The translations under genes were made by a program, and so were the position numbers. Shown in pieces: positions 26,910 through 40,400 of a stretch of DNA of 64,000 nucleotides (position 1 is its first letter; every line of letters starts with the position of its first letter). The stretch is from Euglena gracilis (Eukaryota), in assembly GCA_039621445.1 (NCBI GenBank), contig CP154954.1, forward strand, positions 36,317,703 through 36,381,702. The letters are read 5' to 3'. Under the pieces are notes generated by a model, which was not told the origin of the DNA, did no database searches, and was given only the letters and a program-made list of their open reading frames with translations.

Positions 26910-27510
26910 TTTGCTCATTTTTTTTGTTATTTTTACCTATTTTGCCCACTTTTGGGCGTTTCAGCCTTTTCTGGCCACTTTAGCCATTTTGGCAGCTTCC
27001 AGGTGCTTTTGGTCACTTTTGCCCACTTTTTGGCCTTTTAGGCAGCCTTTGGTCCTTTTGGCCATCTTTTGCCACTTTTAGGCTGCTTCTACTGCTATCA
27101 ACTGATTGTGGTCACTTAATTGCCATTTTTTGCTATTTTTTTTGACTGCCTTTGGCCATTTTTGCTGACTTTTGGTTGCCTTTTGCTGCTTTTGACCAGT
27201 TTTACTGACATCTTGCTGTTTTTTTTATTATGCTGTTGCCTGCTCTTGGCCACCTTCCGACTTTTGGCCAGTTTTTTTTTTTTGCAACTTTGGACTGCTT
27301 TTTACCACCTTTGTTGGGTCGTTGCTGCTTCTTGGGCATTTTTGCAGACTTTCTGCCGCTTTTTGATGGTTTTGTGTGCTTTTGGCCACTTTTGTCCACT
27401 TGTGGCACGATGCTTTTGTCTGCATTGGGCCATTTTTGCAGATTTGTGGCACTTTTTGTTGCTTTTGGCCACATTTTTTGCTGCTTTTTTTTGACGATTT
27501 ATATTTTTCG
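26910..27510. repeat. T-rich low-complexity repeat (TTTTGGCCACTTT-like units)
   Basis: Many degenerate TTTTGGCCA / TTTTGC units. Confidence 0.75.
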
Positions 27511-29180
27511 CTCTTGCTGATTTGAATGAAAACATTCCTGGTCTCATTCCGACCACTGTTCACCCATTTCGCCGTCAGTTCTCCTCGCACACGTCGTATT
27601 TTCCTCTGGCACCTCACCATGTGGCCGCTGCCCAGAGAACACTCTTGCCTTCAGCAGATGAAGTGAGCTTTGGCCATGTTCATCCATTTTGGCCACTTTC
27701 AGGCCAATTTGGGCCACTTTTTGCTACTTTTGACTTCGAAGGCAACAAAAATGGCAAAAAGTGGCCAAAAATAAGTGAGGGAAGGCAAAACTCCCACTCT
27801 TCTGCAGCAAAAAGTGCAGCTGGCATCAGGCACACTCAATCATTTAGTCCTGTTTTGCTCTGAGAAGGATGTTCTTATGTTTTCCAAGAGGTTGTGGGTT
27901 TTTTTTCAGGCTGCTTTTCAAGGAAGGTCTCATCCCCCTGGGGGGAGGGTGCTTGGCAGTCAGGGGGGTTGGACATTTTTTTTACCCGGGGGGGGGTCGG
28001 ATTTTGGGGTGAATGAACCAAATCGCTCAAATAATTTTGCCCCCTGCAAAGTTAGTGGGCCGATCTTTCTGGCCCCGCCCCTTGTGAAGTTATTATCAAA
28101 ACCATTGACAGACCGCCTGACCACTTTCCTAAAAGCTATTTGTTGTCAAATGGTGTTTATTTTTTTATTAGTTGTGATATAATTGAGTTTGGAAGTGCCC
28201 TTCACCCCCAGTATTTTAGTCCAAAAATGAGGCACGGTTCATTGGCTGAAAATGGATGTGTCTGCTAGCTTGAAAATCCCTGTGGTCAGCGGGCCACATA
28301 ATGCAATACACTCCCACGCTTCATTTGATTTTCTTCGTCCATGTGTGCATTTGCGCACACCGACAAAGAAAAAACGCTCCAGTGCGAGATGCGCCCAGCA
28401 GTTTTCTTAAGAGGGGACCCTATCCCAGGGATGGATGGGAAGCCCTTCGGTATTGTAGGGGGGGGGGTCCCGACCACCCCCCACCCTGGGGGGTAAGGTG
28501 GGGGGGCGGGGCCGCACCCCCCGCCCTAGATGTTGGGAGGGGGGTCCGGACCCCCCACCCCCCTCCTTGACAGGTGCCAAAAATAGCAGAAAATTTTCTT
28601 CCAGCGCTGCGCGCCGGAAAATGAGCAAAAAAACACCCCTTTTGCTGACTTTTGGCCATATTGCCCATTTTTTGATGTGTTGGTGTTTTCCCCCAAAAAC
28701 ATGTTTAAAAAAATTCAAAAAATGAGCATTTTTGGATCGATTTTCAAAGAAAAATCAGGGGTTTTTGACCGATTCCAACCCGATTTCCGGCCCTTTGCCC
28801 GTCCATGAAATCGAAAAAATTTCGGCCCCCCCTCAGTTTCGAGGTAGGAGGGGGGGGGTCCGACCCCCCCCCTCAAGGCTTCCCATCCATCCCTGCCCTA
28901 TCCCCTGGGGGGGGTCCAGCCAGCCAGCAGCTCAAATCCAGCCAGCAGCCCAAATTCGGGCTGGCAGCCCCCCCCCCGGGGGGGGGCTGCCAGCCCGAAT
29001 GGTGTAAGGGGTCCCTGGCCACTCACCACGCAGCAAAACTGGGCCAGAAGCGAAGTTAGCGCCGGCCATAAACAGACAAGAAGCCTTAGTGCAACTAAGG
29101 GGGGGGGTTGCTCCGAAGAAGGGGCCAGAAGCGGAATGCAGCGCCAGGCCTTAAACCAGACAGAAGCCAAAGTGCATCTA

Positions 29181-29584
29181 CCCCCCCCCTATGTCCAACG
29201 ACCCCCCTATGTCCAATGACCACCCCCCCGGTCGGAGGACACCTTTTCGGAGGTTTGACCAAATTTTTGGTCCCGGCGCGAAGCGCCGGGACGAAAAATT
29301 TTGCCCAAAAATTGGCCAAAAATTTGGCCAAATGCCATTTTTGACACTTTTTGGACAAAAATTTGTCAAAATTGCCCAAAATTTTCGGCGCGAAGCGCCG
29401 GAAGGGAAAATTGGGGCATTTTTGGGTGGGTAGGGACCCGGGTGCCCACCAACTTTTTTTTGACCCCATGTCCAACGACCACCCCCCCGGTCAGAGGACA
29501 CCTTTTTGGTCACCACCCTATGTCCAACGACCACCCCCCCGGTCGGAGGACAGAGGTTACTGGTCGTTGGACATAGGGGGGGGG
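29181..29584. mobile_element. MITE with TA target duplication (Tc1/mariner-like)
   Basis: TA-CCCCCCCCCTATGTCCAACGACC ... GGTCGTTGGACATAGGGGGGGGG-TA. Internal ATGTCCAACGACC repeats and CGGCGCGAAGCGCCG palindromes. Confidence 0.85.
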
Positions 29585-31965
29585 TAAGGGGGGGGGTCGA
29601 GTGAAATAAAGTTGTATCTAGCCCGGCCGGAACCGGGCCAGCCGGCCGCCGGCTGGCCAGCCAAACGGGCTGCCCAGCTCACCTATCCCTGCATTTTTTC
29701 ATTAATTATTAGGCTGTTCCTTCAGTCCCGATCCAGTCTTGATCTCCATCCAGCAAAATGTCGAAAATGGCGAAAAATTTTCAGAATTTTTTGTTTTCCA
29801 TTGACCCAGCCTAGCCCAGCCCCCACAAGTCCCAGACCCCCCCCCCATTTTCCCCGGGGGGTCCAGCAGCAGCTCATTTCCTTCCAGCAGCCTTTTTGCC
29901 AGCCAGAGGCTGGACCCCCCCCCCCCGGGGTCCTTAAGAAATGGGTAGAAGTGGGTCCTACCCACTCCTGCTTTTCCAAAAAAGAAGCGCCATTTTTCAC
30001 TTTTTTTTTGTGAAGGGGGGGACAAAGTCATTTGGAGAAATCTCTCTCGGCTTTCCCCCTGCAACTGTTATTTGGGAGGAGGGGTTCAGTGCTCTAGCAT
30101 AACGCCCCTGGCACTGAAGACGCCAGAGGGCCGAAAATGCCATTTTCAATGGAGGATCGGCTTGGTCGGCAAGGCACTAGCAAAGCTGACGGGGGGGGGG
30201 GGGGTGCCTCCTATAGGGCAGGCACCCCATAACACAAGGCACCCCTTGGGGGTTGGTAAAAAGAAGCCTGTTTGGTCATGATTTTTTTTTGTTGATTAAA
30301 TTGCGGTTCAAGATTAAATTGTTAAGATTAAATTGCAGTCCAAAGGTGCGAACGCATGAACCAGAGTTCATTCCAATGGCTTTGAAAAAAAGATTCCATC
30401 AGTATTGATCTGATTGCTGCATTTTTTTTCGGTGCAGGGACGACCAACTGGTGAGGCTGGACGACCAACTGGTGAGGCTGGGCAACCAACAAATTTAGGT
30501 GAATTCCTGAAGTCTGGGAGGGCGCACAGGAAATTTTCTTGAGTCATTTCTCTGCAAAAAGTCATTGGAATACCCGGAATAAATTCCGGAATATTCCAGA
30601 ATAACCCGGAATATTCCGGAATAAAACCCCTGAACAAAAATTTCCACCAACCGGAAAGGTTTCCTGGCCCTGTCGAATGACATTCAAGAAAGATTTTGAG
30701 CCTCCTCAAACGACATTTGAGGAGGTTTTCGAGCCTCCTTGAATGACCTTGGACGACATTTGAGGAAGCTCGAGAGCCTCCTCGGATGTCGTTCGAGGTG
30801 GTTCGAGGAGGCTCGAAAGACTCCTTCTACGGTGCATCCTCCTACTGTAACGCTGCCGGTGGATGAGTGCACGTCAATGGGTGGGTGGGAAGCTGGGTTT
30901 GTCGCAGCTGATGAATAATCTTCTATTTGTGATTATGGCCACCTCCCCAAGAAACCAGTGTTTTTACTGATTCCTCCCTGCACAGGCAGCTCAGGCCCTG
31001 CTGCAGCCACCTCCAAGGTGAGAAGCCCTGGGACCCCTTCGAGTCAGGAGACCAGAGCCCCTGGGTTTGATCCGCCTCATCCTCCATCATGGAATTGTCA
31101 TTGGTGATGCTGTGCCAGGGCAACTCTGCATGTCTTCCTCGAATGTTAGCTGCACTCATTTCCGGACGGACTCCTCCCTCGTTCCCGCATCACCGCACCT
31201 CGCCGGTGATGGGAATCTGGAGGGGTTTCCCCCCATCGCTTTCCCAGCATGGGTTGATGCCCACCCCGGCGGTTTCTGAAAGCCCCTCCGCCGCAGGATT
31301 CCTGCCACGTCTGATGTGGCGGTGTTCCTTTTCTCCTTTACATGACCCCAAAGGGACCCCTGGGGCCATGACGTCATCCCCCACCGACCCCCACCCCTGG
31401 CTCTACGCCAACCTGGCCCTGCCGCCCAACGCCACCTCAACGTCCCCACCCGGCCGTTCCCATCCCATACCCCCCCAGCCTTGCATGACCTGCACTCTTT
31501 CTGGGTGGGTGGGTGGACAGCTCGAGAGGTTTCTACTGCGCAAGTGACCCCTCCCGCAACCAGGCAGTTAGCCGTTGCCCAAACATAATATTGTTCAAAC
31601 CAAAAAGAATCATATTTTGCAGGGAACTCCCAAGGATGAAAGGATGATTTTTTTTGTATGAAGTAATTTTGGCAGTGAAAGCTTTCTGACCACAACAAAT
31701 AGTGATAATAGTAACAATAGTCAAAATAGTAATCATGTTTTTTCATTAGTAGAAATGGTGATAAACAGTTGGGACTGGCATTCACCAGGAAGGGGAAGGT
31801 TGTTTGCCATTGTCGCTGTGGCACGCGGTGCGAGGTCCCTGTGTGGGGACGCCCGCCCACAACGCGCCCCGAAGCGGAACCGCCGGCGCCGGCAGAGGAA
31901 GCGGCGCCACCACCCCACGACGCGCCGAAGCCCCCGCCGCCCCGGTCCCTCTCCTCGGCCCCGGC

Positions 31966-32575
31966 GCGGGCACCGTCCAGGGAGGGCGACCCTCCCCCCG
32001 AGGAGGCCTCTGGTCCCAGCCCCGGTCCGGTGGTGGCAGCGCCTCGGTTGTCCCCCCCCCAGGCATTTGTCGGGCACGGCCCGGGGGGGGGGGGGGGGCG
32101 GGGGGGGCTGTCCACTGCCGTGCCGGGGAACCCCTTCCTCCCTCCCTGGCTCCGGGCCAGGCTGCTGTCCGCCCTGCCGGCCCCGCCCCAGTGGGCGTCC
32201 GCCAGGGCCGGGCTTCCCCCCCCCAACCGTGCGGCCCAAGCCTTGTCCCACTGGTGTGCCACCGGCAGCCTAAACGAGCTCGCGGGGGCGGGGCCGTCCA
32301 CATGACAGGGGGGATCCACCCCCCCCCCCCCGCCCCGGGCCCGGCGTGCCCTCGCCTCCGCCGCCCGCAGCGCTCCTGCCGATGCCGGACTGGCTGCAGC
32401 CCCGGCCCACCGCCGCCGCCGCCACCGCCACGTCCTCCACTGCGGCCGGAGCAGGGGCCCCCCGTGCTGCCCCCACCCAGCCCACAGGCAGTGGGGGGCC
32501 CCAGGCTTTCCCGGACCCTGGTCACCTCGCACGCACACACACCCACACACCCACACCCACACACACCCACACACA

Positions 32576-32648
<73 letters not shown>

Positions 32649-32695
32649 CACACACACAACACACACCCACACACACACACACACACACACACAAC

Positions 32696-32727
<32 letters not shown>

Positions 32728-32959
32728 GCGGGCACCTCGTAGCAGGCACCTGTCGCTTTCGAGGAACAGAGGTTCCGAATCGTAGGCATGCACAAATCAA
32801 CCCTGGAGGAAGTGGCCTTGCCCGCCGCTGGCCGCGCCGCCCGTGGCCGCCGGCCCCGTGGCCCCGCCCGCCCGGCCCTGCGCAGTCCCGCAGCCCCTGT
32901 TTAACCCCCGGCCCGTCTCTGTGCCCCTGCCGAGGACTCTGCCCAGGGAAGAACGATGC
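31966..32959 (+). repeat. Segmental duplication, copy 1 (GC-rich exon-like sequence plus CA microsatellite)
   Basis: Near-identical to 33627-34463, from CGGGCACCGTCCAGG to CCCAGGGAAGAACGATG. Confidence 0.9.
32533..32727. repeat. (CA)n microsatellite
   Basis: Direct reading. Confidence 0.95.
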
Positions 32960-33626
32960 CCTTTGGGATAGGTCTTTACGCCTTTTTTCTTACCCCAGAT
33001 GGTGGGGACCGGGTTTGTAGCGTATTATTCTCCAAAACAAGTCCAAGACAAAGAAGCATTGCACCAAGCTTGGGAGCTATTCTTTTTGCGTGAAGGGCAA
33101 ACTCATGTAAACAAAATCACATCTGTACAGAATGTACCCAACCCAAGGAGAAATAATCATCAGGGGCTGAAAAAAAATTGGTTTATTGAAAATACTCCCT
33201 GTGAAATTAATTGCACATATATGCATATTTTCCACAACAGCAAACAACAGCATTTTTGCCACAGAGCTTATGAGTTAAGGCGTTTTGGGAGGATTCCACT
33301 TCAGTGGCTGGAATATCAGAATCCCTCGTTGGCTCAGCATCGAGGGGGGGGGTAAATGGCATTTCCAGGACCTCATATAATGAATATCCCAAATGAGTGT
33401 GCCGAACTGTGGTAAAAAAAATGCAGATTTCTTTGGGGTTTGGCTTGTCTTCCACATGGAAGTGTGGAAGTGGAAGTGGATTGGGAGCCTTCCAGATCCA
33501 CCGTATCAAAACGGGAGACAGCTCAAAAAAATTGTTGCATTTGACAAAAACACAAAAAAAAATCCCATATTTCTTGCCCGTAACCTTTTTCCCCTGCGTT
33601 TTGCCCGAGCGTTTACTCCGATCGCA

Positions 33627-34463
33627 CGGGCACCGTCCAGGGAGGGCGACCCTCCCCCCGAGGAGGCCTCTGGTCCCAGCCCCGGTCCGGTGGTGGCAGC
33701 GCCTCGGTTGTCCCCCCCCCAGGCATTTGTCGGGCACGGCCCGGGGGGGGGGGGGCGGGGGGGGCTGTCCACTGCCGTGCCGGGGAACCCCTTCCTCCCT
33801 CCCTGGCTCCGGGCCAGGCTGCTGTCCGCCCTGCCGGCCCCGCCCCAGTGGGCGTCCGCCAGGGCCGGGCTTCTCCCCCCCCCCAACCGTGCGGCCCAAG
33901 CCTTGTCCCACTGGTGTGCCACCGGCAGCCAAACGAGCTCGCGGGGGCGGGGCCGTCCACATGACAGGGGGGATCCACCCCCCCCCCCCGGCCCTGGGCC
34001 CGGCGTGCCCTCGCCTCCGCCGCCCGCAGCGCTCCTGCCGATGCCGGACTGGCTGCAGCCCCGGCCCACCGCCGCCGCCGCCACCGCCACGTCCTCCACT
34101 GCGGCCGGAGCAGGGGCCCCCCGTGCTGCCCCCACCCAGCCCACAGGCAGTGGGGGGCCCCCAGGCTTTCCCGGACAGCCCTGGTCACCTCGCACACACA
34201 CACACACACACACGCGCGCGCGCGCATGCGCGCACGGGCACCTCGTAGCAGGCACCTGTCGCTTTCGAGGAACAGAGGTTCCGAATCATCGGCATGCACA
34301 AATCAACCCTGGAGGAAGTGGCCTTGCCCGCCGCTGGCCGCGTCGCCCATGGCCGCCGGCCCTGTGGCCCCGCCCGCCCGGCCCTGCGCAGTCTCACAGC
34401 CCCGGTTTGACCCCCGGCCCGTCTATGTGCCCCTGCCGAGGACTCTGCCCAGGGAAGAACGAT
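33627..34463 (+). repeat. Segmental duplication, copy 2 (shorter CA tract)
   Basis: See copy 1. Confidence 0.9.
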
Positions 34464-35543
34464 GGAAGGCAGGATGGAAGGGGGAAGAACAATGCCCTTC
34501 GGCATAGTTCGGCAGCAGGGGAGGGCCACCCCACAGGGGTCGGGCAGGGGTTTGGGGTTCAGCACTGCTTGATGAGTCAATTTGGACCTTGGTGACCTAA
34601 ATTGTTTGGTTTATGAAAGTGAACATAAATATAAAAAAAACCAAAGGTCATTGTATTGAATTTTTGAGGGTAAACAAAATCATTCTAGCCATTCAGCAGG
34701 ACAAGCACAAATGAATGACCGCATTGAAGATCTGGAGAGGTCAAGGCTGCACAGGAAGGCCTGGTGAGGCGTTACACCCCGCACCTATGCTGCCCATAGG
34801 GTTTCGGGGCTTCCTGATCCCTTCTGGTTCCGCGCAAACAGATTGCCAAGAAGCAGCAACCAAAATCTGCTATTTTGGAAAACATCCCAAAGAACAGTTC
34901 TGAAAGAGTCATTGCCATGGTTCTGCCAACCGGTTTTTTGTTGTTGCGAAAATTACATGCATTTTATGAATTCCACAGGGGTATTTCCAATAAAAGGAAT
35001 TTTCAGCCCTGCTGATTTTTCCTTGGGGGTTTTCTGGTATTTTTTTTTTCAGTTTCTTCTGTACAGACTTGTTTTGTGGCTGTTGCACATTGGTTTGCCC
35101 TTCACGCAAAGAAAATGCCCCAAGTTTGGTGCAATGCTTCTTTATCTTGGACATGTTTTGGAGAATGAGTCGCAACAAACCCGGCCATTACCATTAGCCA
35201 ACAGACAAAGATGCCTGGATGACTGGAGTAAGATTCCTCCAGCATTTTTTTTAAAGTCACCTCATGTCCGAAATATCCCAGAATTAAAACCCTGAACGAG
35301 GAATTGTGGCACGCAGGATATGCCCCCCCCCCCTCCTGTTGAGCGGGCCCCCATCTCCGTTCCCCTGCCCCTGCCTCTGGTCCCGATCTTTGTCAGCCAG
35401 GGCTGGATGCATTGGCCGTTTGCTTTTCGCCGGGTTCCTCTCCTCTGAGCCCATTCCTCCATGGAGCATGGAGCATGTCGGACGGAGGGGTGAGAGAGCA
35501 GTGCCTCCGAAATCGACCCACTCAAATCCACCGTAAGCAAATA

Positions 35544-35804
35544 CCGGGGGGGGGAAAATTTTGCCCTAGAGAAAATTTGCGCGGACAAATTTCGCGGAAG
35601 CAAATCCCGCGAAATATTTCCGGGCATTTTTAAGGAATCCCGCGAAATTTTTGTCCATGTATTCCCTTTCACGCCATTTTTGCTTCACAGGAAAAAAAAT
35701 CCCGCGACATATTTCCGGACATTTTTAAGAAATCCCGCGAAATTTGTCGTCCGCGAAATTTGTCGCCGCAAAATTTCTCTGGCACAAAATTCCCCCCCCC
35801 CCGG
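35544..35804. mobile_element. MITE with TA target duplication
   Basis: TA-CCGGGGGGGGGAAAATTTTGCC...AAATTTCGCGGA is mirrored by TCCGCGAAATTT...GGCACAAAATTCCCCCCCCCCCGG-TA. Confidence 0.85.
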
Positions 35805-36379
35805 TATGACATATTGCCGCCGTAGGGGGCAGGTCAAATACCCCTCCCCAATTTATCACCTCGACCAAGGAGCCAAAAAAAGACTGATAAGTAATATTGA
35901 AGGGAAAAAAAGTGTCCACCCTCTGGACACTGGTTGTGCTTTAGAGGTTCTCAAACACGCCCGACGAAAGGGAAGGGGAGTAATAGATTGGACCAGATAG
36001 TGGGTGTTCCACCTGGCAAGGCACTGCCACCGCCCAGGAGGTTGCCTCGCCGATTTCTTGTCAACTCCACACCAACGTGGGATGGTCCGAGCGGTCAGTT
36101 CCGCAGTCTGTGGGATCGTGCATAATCGTTGCGAATGCAGTGAACAGGCAACGGCGTTCGGCGTTCGGCGTCCCTGGGTTTCTGCAACGAATACCCACCA
36201 GCGCCAACACCCACAGTTGACAATGCAGAAGGAAGGCCAGCTTCGCTCTTTCTTTTGTGATTTGTTGATATTTCGCCGAACCCCCCAAAAACCAGCAGAG
36301 GAATTGGGAGAGAATTGAAATCAAATGCTTTTCGCAGTCCCTGGATCCCCCCCCCATGTGGTTGACTGTGACGCTTCAG

Positions 36380-36869
36380 CAAGGGGGATATGCAAGTTGA
36401 CACTTTGCATTTTCTTTTGCATAATCCAAATCTTGAAAATTTGCACTTTTTTGCATAATAAAGAAAAAGTTGAACATTTTGAACAAAGTCGCATTTTAAG
36501 CAATTTTTGCATATTTTCCGTTTTTTTTCCCTGGGCATTTGTGCAGGCAACACAGGAAAATTTCTCCACTTTCAGACCACTGGAAGTTGCAATACCTCAC
36601 GTTTTTGGACCTAATTCACCTCAGTGGTAGTTGCATAGTCAAAGATACGCGGATGCAATTTGGTGAAACAACCAATATAACTTTGCAGTTTGCACCCACA
36701 TTTTCTTTTTGTTGCTTTGTTGGAGCAGGTTAATGTTTTAAAAGTCCTCTCCGGTGGAGAAGTGTACAGCCACGGGGTGCCCCTAAAGGAATTTACATGA
36801 AACCTGCATTTTTTTGCATTTTTTGCATTGCTTATTTTGAAGAGCCTTGCTGCAAATTCCCTCCCCCTG
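36380..36869. mobile_element. MITE, CAGGGGG-GATATGCA family, 7-bp TSD GCTTCAG
   Basis: GCTTCAG at 36373-36379 and 36870-36876. Ends are CAAGGGGGATATGCA / TGCAAATTCCCTCCCCCTG. The interior is homologous to 53743-54232. Confidence 0.8.
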
Positions 36870-37429
36870 GCTTCAGCTCGCCGGCCTCCCCCACCTGCTC
36901 CCCTCCCCACCCGGCCCTGCCCCCAGCGGCGTGCCCCAACACTTCCAGCCCCCCGCCCTCCTGCCGCTGCCAGCCCATCAACATCCCCGGCCCACCGCCC
37001 CCGTCCCCGCCGCCGCCACGTCCTCCACGGTTGCCCCGGCGCTGGGGGCCGCTTCGGCAACGGTGGCCCCCAACCGCGGCGCTTCAGTGACGTTGGGCAG
37101 TGGTGTAGGGTGTGTGTGGTTCAGACAAAGTCGCACCTGGAAGTTTTTTTTAAAAGGAGGGTTGTGAAGAAAAAAAAACGTTTTTTGTGGGTGTTGGGAG
37201 AGTTTCAGTTGAAATTCTATTGGATTTGCCAGGATCTCATTCAGGGGGATTTTGGTGTTCCATTGTTGGTGCAATTACACCCCTGTTTTTTTGGTATTTT
37301 CGTGTTCGTAGTATCATCCAAGCGTTTTTCAATAAAATGGAAGTCGGAGCTCAACAAATTTCCCCCAAAAGTTAAATTATTTTTTGAAACAAATTGTCAG
37401 CTCAGGATGGCCGGAGGCCCGGGGAGGCG

Positions 37430-40400
37430 CCGTGCCCCACCCCGGGGGGCGCCCCGCTGCCCGCCGCGCCCCACCGCGCCTTCCTGGCCTCCTTCGACGC
37501 CGCCACCCAGCGGGCCCTGCGGGCGATCCGGTCGTGCGCCTGCGACCACGCGGAGAAGGACTGGGCCAGGGGGGCTGCCCCCAGCGTGGCATCGGTGGCC
37601 AGAGCCTTGAGGCAACCCCATCCTCGGCGAAGAGCAAAAAACATTTTTTTCCTTCCACGGTTCGTGTTTTACGTGGATCGACTCTTGGTTGGCTACCTGA
37701 CAGCTCTCGGTGGATGTCTGCATGGGTATCGTCTGCTTGGGGTATCGTCAAGGTGGTGCCCATTTTTTTTGAATGGCGTTGCTTAAGAAAATTTGACCAC
37801 AGGGTCCAGCCAGCCAGCAACTTTTTTCTAGCCCCCCCATCCATGTTTTATTTAGTTTGCAGCCACCCGAAGGCGGCTGGACAGTTATGGATTTTAGGTG
37901 CAAAAAAAATGGGGTGAAATGGTCAAAAATAGATCGGATTGGGCTGACCAGGGATTATTTGGGGTCAAAAAAATTGATTTTTTTAAGTCTTTTTTGGAGT
38001 TTCGATTTTTTTTTGGAAAACCCCCTGGGGCTTTATTTGGGGGGGTTATTATTTGAAAATCCATAAGACCCCAAATTACACCCAAAGCCAACCTTTTTGG
38101 TCATTTTCTGCATTTTTTTTGCCAAAAAATTAATATTTTTTTTGGAGGCCAGACCACAGAAACTCATTTTTTGGTCATTTATTGCCGTGATTTCTTATTT
38201 TCAAATGCAGTCGCAGATTGGGGGGTATTATTTTTTTCGGTTAAAGTCAGACCCCAATGGGGGGGTTATTTGGGGGAGGGTTTACCCAGTTTGACCCTGG
38301 GTCTGGTTGGGGGGTCAGCCAACAGCCTTTTTCCATTTTCCAAGCCTCTGAGCTGGACCCCCCAGAGAGTCTTTGAGCAACACCCTGATCCCCGTTTGAA
38401 CCAAGATTTGCTTGTTGAGGAAATGGCTTTCTGCCCATTGCTGTTAAAACAGCTGCAACCTGCAGCTGTTTTCCGCCCACCACCACCTCTGCCCTGCCCT
38501 TTGTTCCCCGGTCCCCCTGCCGGCCGACCCATTCGAGCCTCATGGGCGGCCGGGACTTCCTCACCCCGACCGGCAAGCTGAAGGTCCCTGACGAGCTGGC
38601 CCCCACCCTCTGTGAGGCTGTGGCCAGGCCTACCCAAGGTGTGGGCCGGGGTTCACACCGGGGGGGGGGTCCACATTTTGGAGGAGCTCCTGAAGTATTT
38701 TACATGCAACTTGTGATTTTTGTGTTTATTTGAGTTTATTTGTGTTTTTTCCTGTTTTTTTTTGTGTCACGTTTTTTTTTTAGGCACCAGGTTGCTTTCC
38801 TCCCCCTGGGGGCAGGGAAGCACTCTGCCATGGGCACGCCCCCCCCCCCCCCCCCCTTTTGCAAGGCCCCGGGGGCCAGTGCGTGCCACCGCGCTGGGCG
38901 ACCACTCACGCCCCCGCCCCCCGCAGCGCCATGCAACCCTGCTGCGTGGGGAGCCAACCCCCCCACGCTAGCCCCCCTGCCGGTGAGCATGTGGAGTGCA
39001 CCCCCCAGCGCCATGCAAACCCAAATGGGAACCCCCCAAAAATAAGACCCCCCCCCAAAAATAACCCCCTGGCCGGTCCCGAGCAAAAATCCATGAAATG
39101 GACCCCCCCATGAATAAGACCCCCCCCCCGCGAAGCGCCAGATTTTTGAAAAAAGGGCCATTTTGTGTGTTGTAAATCTGTCATTTGGACAGTTTTATAC
39201 AATTCAGCATTTTTTTCCCCTATTTGTCTGGCTTTGCGGCGCCGAAATGGTATTTTGGCATTTTTGGCCATTTTTGGGGAAAAATCGAAAATTCCCCAGA
39301 TGAAATGGCCCCCCCCCATGAGACCCGACCCTCGGTTTTAGTGTTTTTGGGGGTTTATTTTTTTATACCGCCACGCAGCGGTGGCACCACCCGTACAAGG
39401 AAGACCCTCGCTTTGCTGTGGTCCGCAGTGTGCATGCCACCAAGCAGGTGCAATCCCCCAAATGTGAATCCACCAAAATTCATCCAATTTTTTTTTGCCA
39501 AAAGAAGCTATTTTTTGTTCACCAGAGAGAATGAGAGATTTTTTTCATCGCCTTCGAGGTGCAGACATTCAAAGACATCATGTGCAATATTGCAATGTCC
39601 CAAAAGTCAATTACCGTTGCTATTTTCATGGGAACCCTCCCAAGGGCCCGAACTGGGTGTTCTTTTTTGACCAGTCGGCCGGCATTCCTGCAGCTTCACA
39701 CGTTGTGGGGGAACGGTTTGGGCGGCTGAGGGCCCCACTGGAAAGGCATGTCAGTGAAGCCCGGCGCATCAGGGGGAGCCCCTGGCCCAGCCCCCCAACG
39801 AGCTGTTGCACAACGCCGCCGCGGGTCCCCCTGCTCAGACGGAAAGGAAAGACGGTCGGCACACTCACCGTGGTTTACCGCGGTGAGCCTGTCCAATGGG
39901 CCGCAGAACAGCTTGGAAAGTGGCAAAGGACACCTTGGGCAACCTTTATTTTGAACATCACCATCATCGGTGAGTTGAGTGAGTTCTAAATCAGGGAATT
40001 TCTCAAACCGGACCCAACCTACCCCTGGCAGGGGGTCCGGCGAGCCAGCACCTTTTTTCCTGCCAGCACTCCCAACTGGGCTGCAGACCCCCCCCCCAGG
40101 GCGTCTCTTAATCCCCCCCCCCCCCCCCGGGGGCGGTGCTGCCAGCCAGCAGCCTTTTTCCAGCCCCGGACCCCCTCCCCCCCCATCGTCGAATTTTACT
40201 TATTTTCCAGCTGTCCTTTGGGCAGCTGGATGGTGATGGGTTTTTGGCGTAAAAAAATTGGCAAAAATGAGTTGGATTTGGGCTGGCCAGGGCAAATTTG
40301 GGTTTAAAAACCGATTTTTTTTGCATAACTGACAGTTTTTGGGGCATATACCGGAACCACCGCTGCTCAACACCCCCGAACAGCAAAATTTTGGCGATTT

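Noticed and set aside
31156-32795. 545-aa and 337-aa minus-strand ORFs
   Set aside because: Open only because of high GC and a (TG)n tract. The plausible coding strand here is +.
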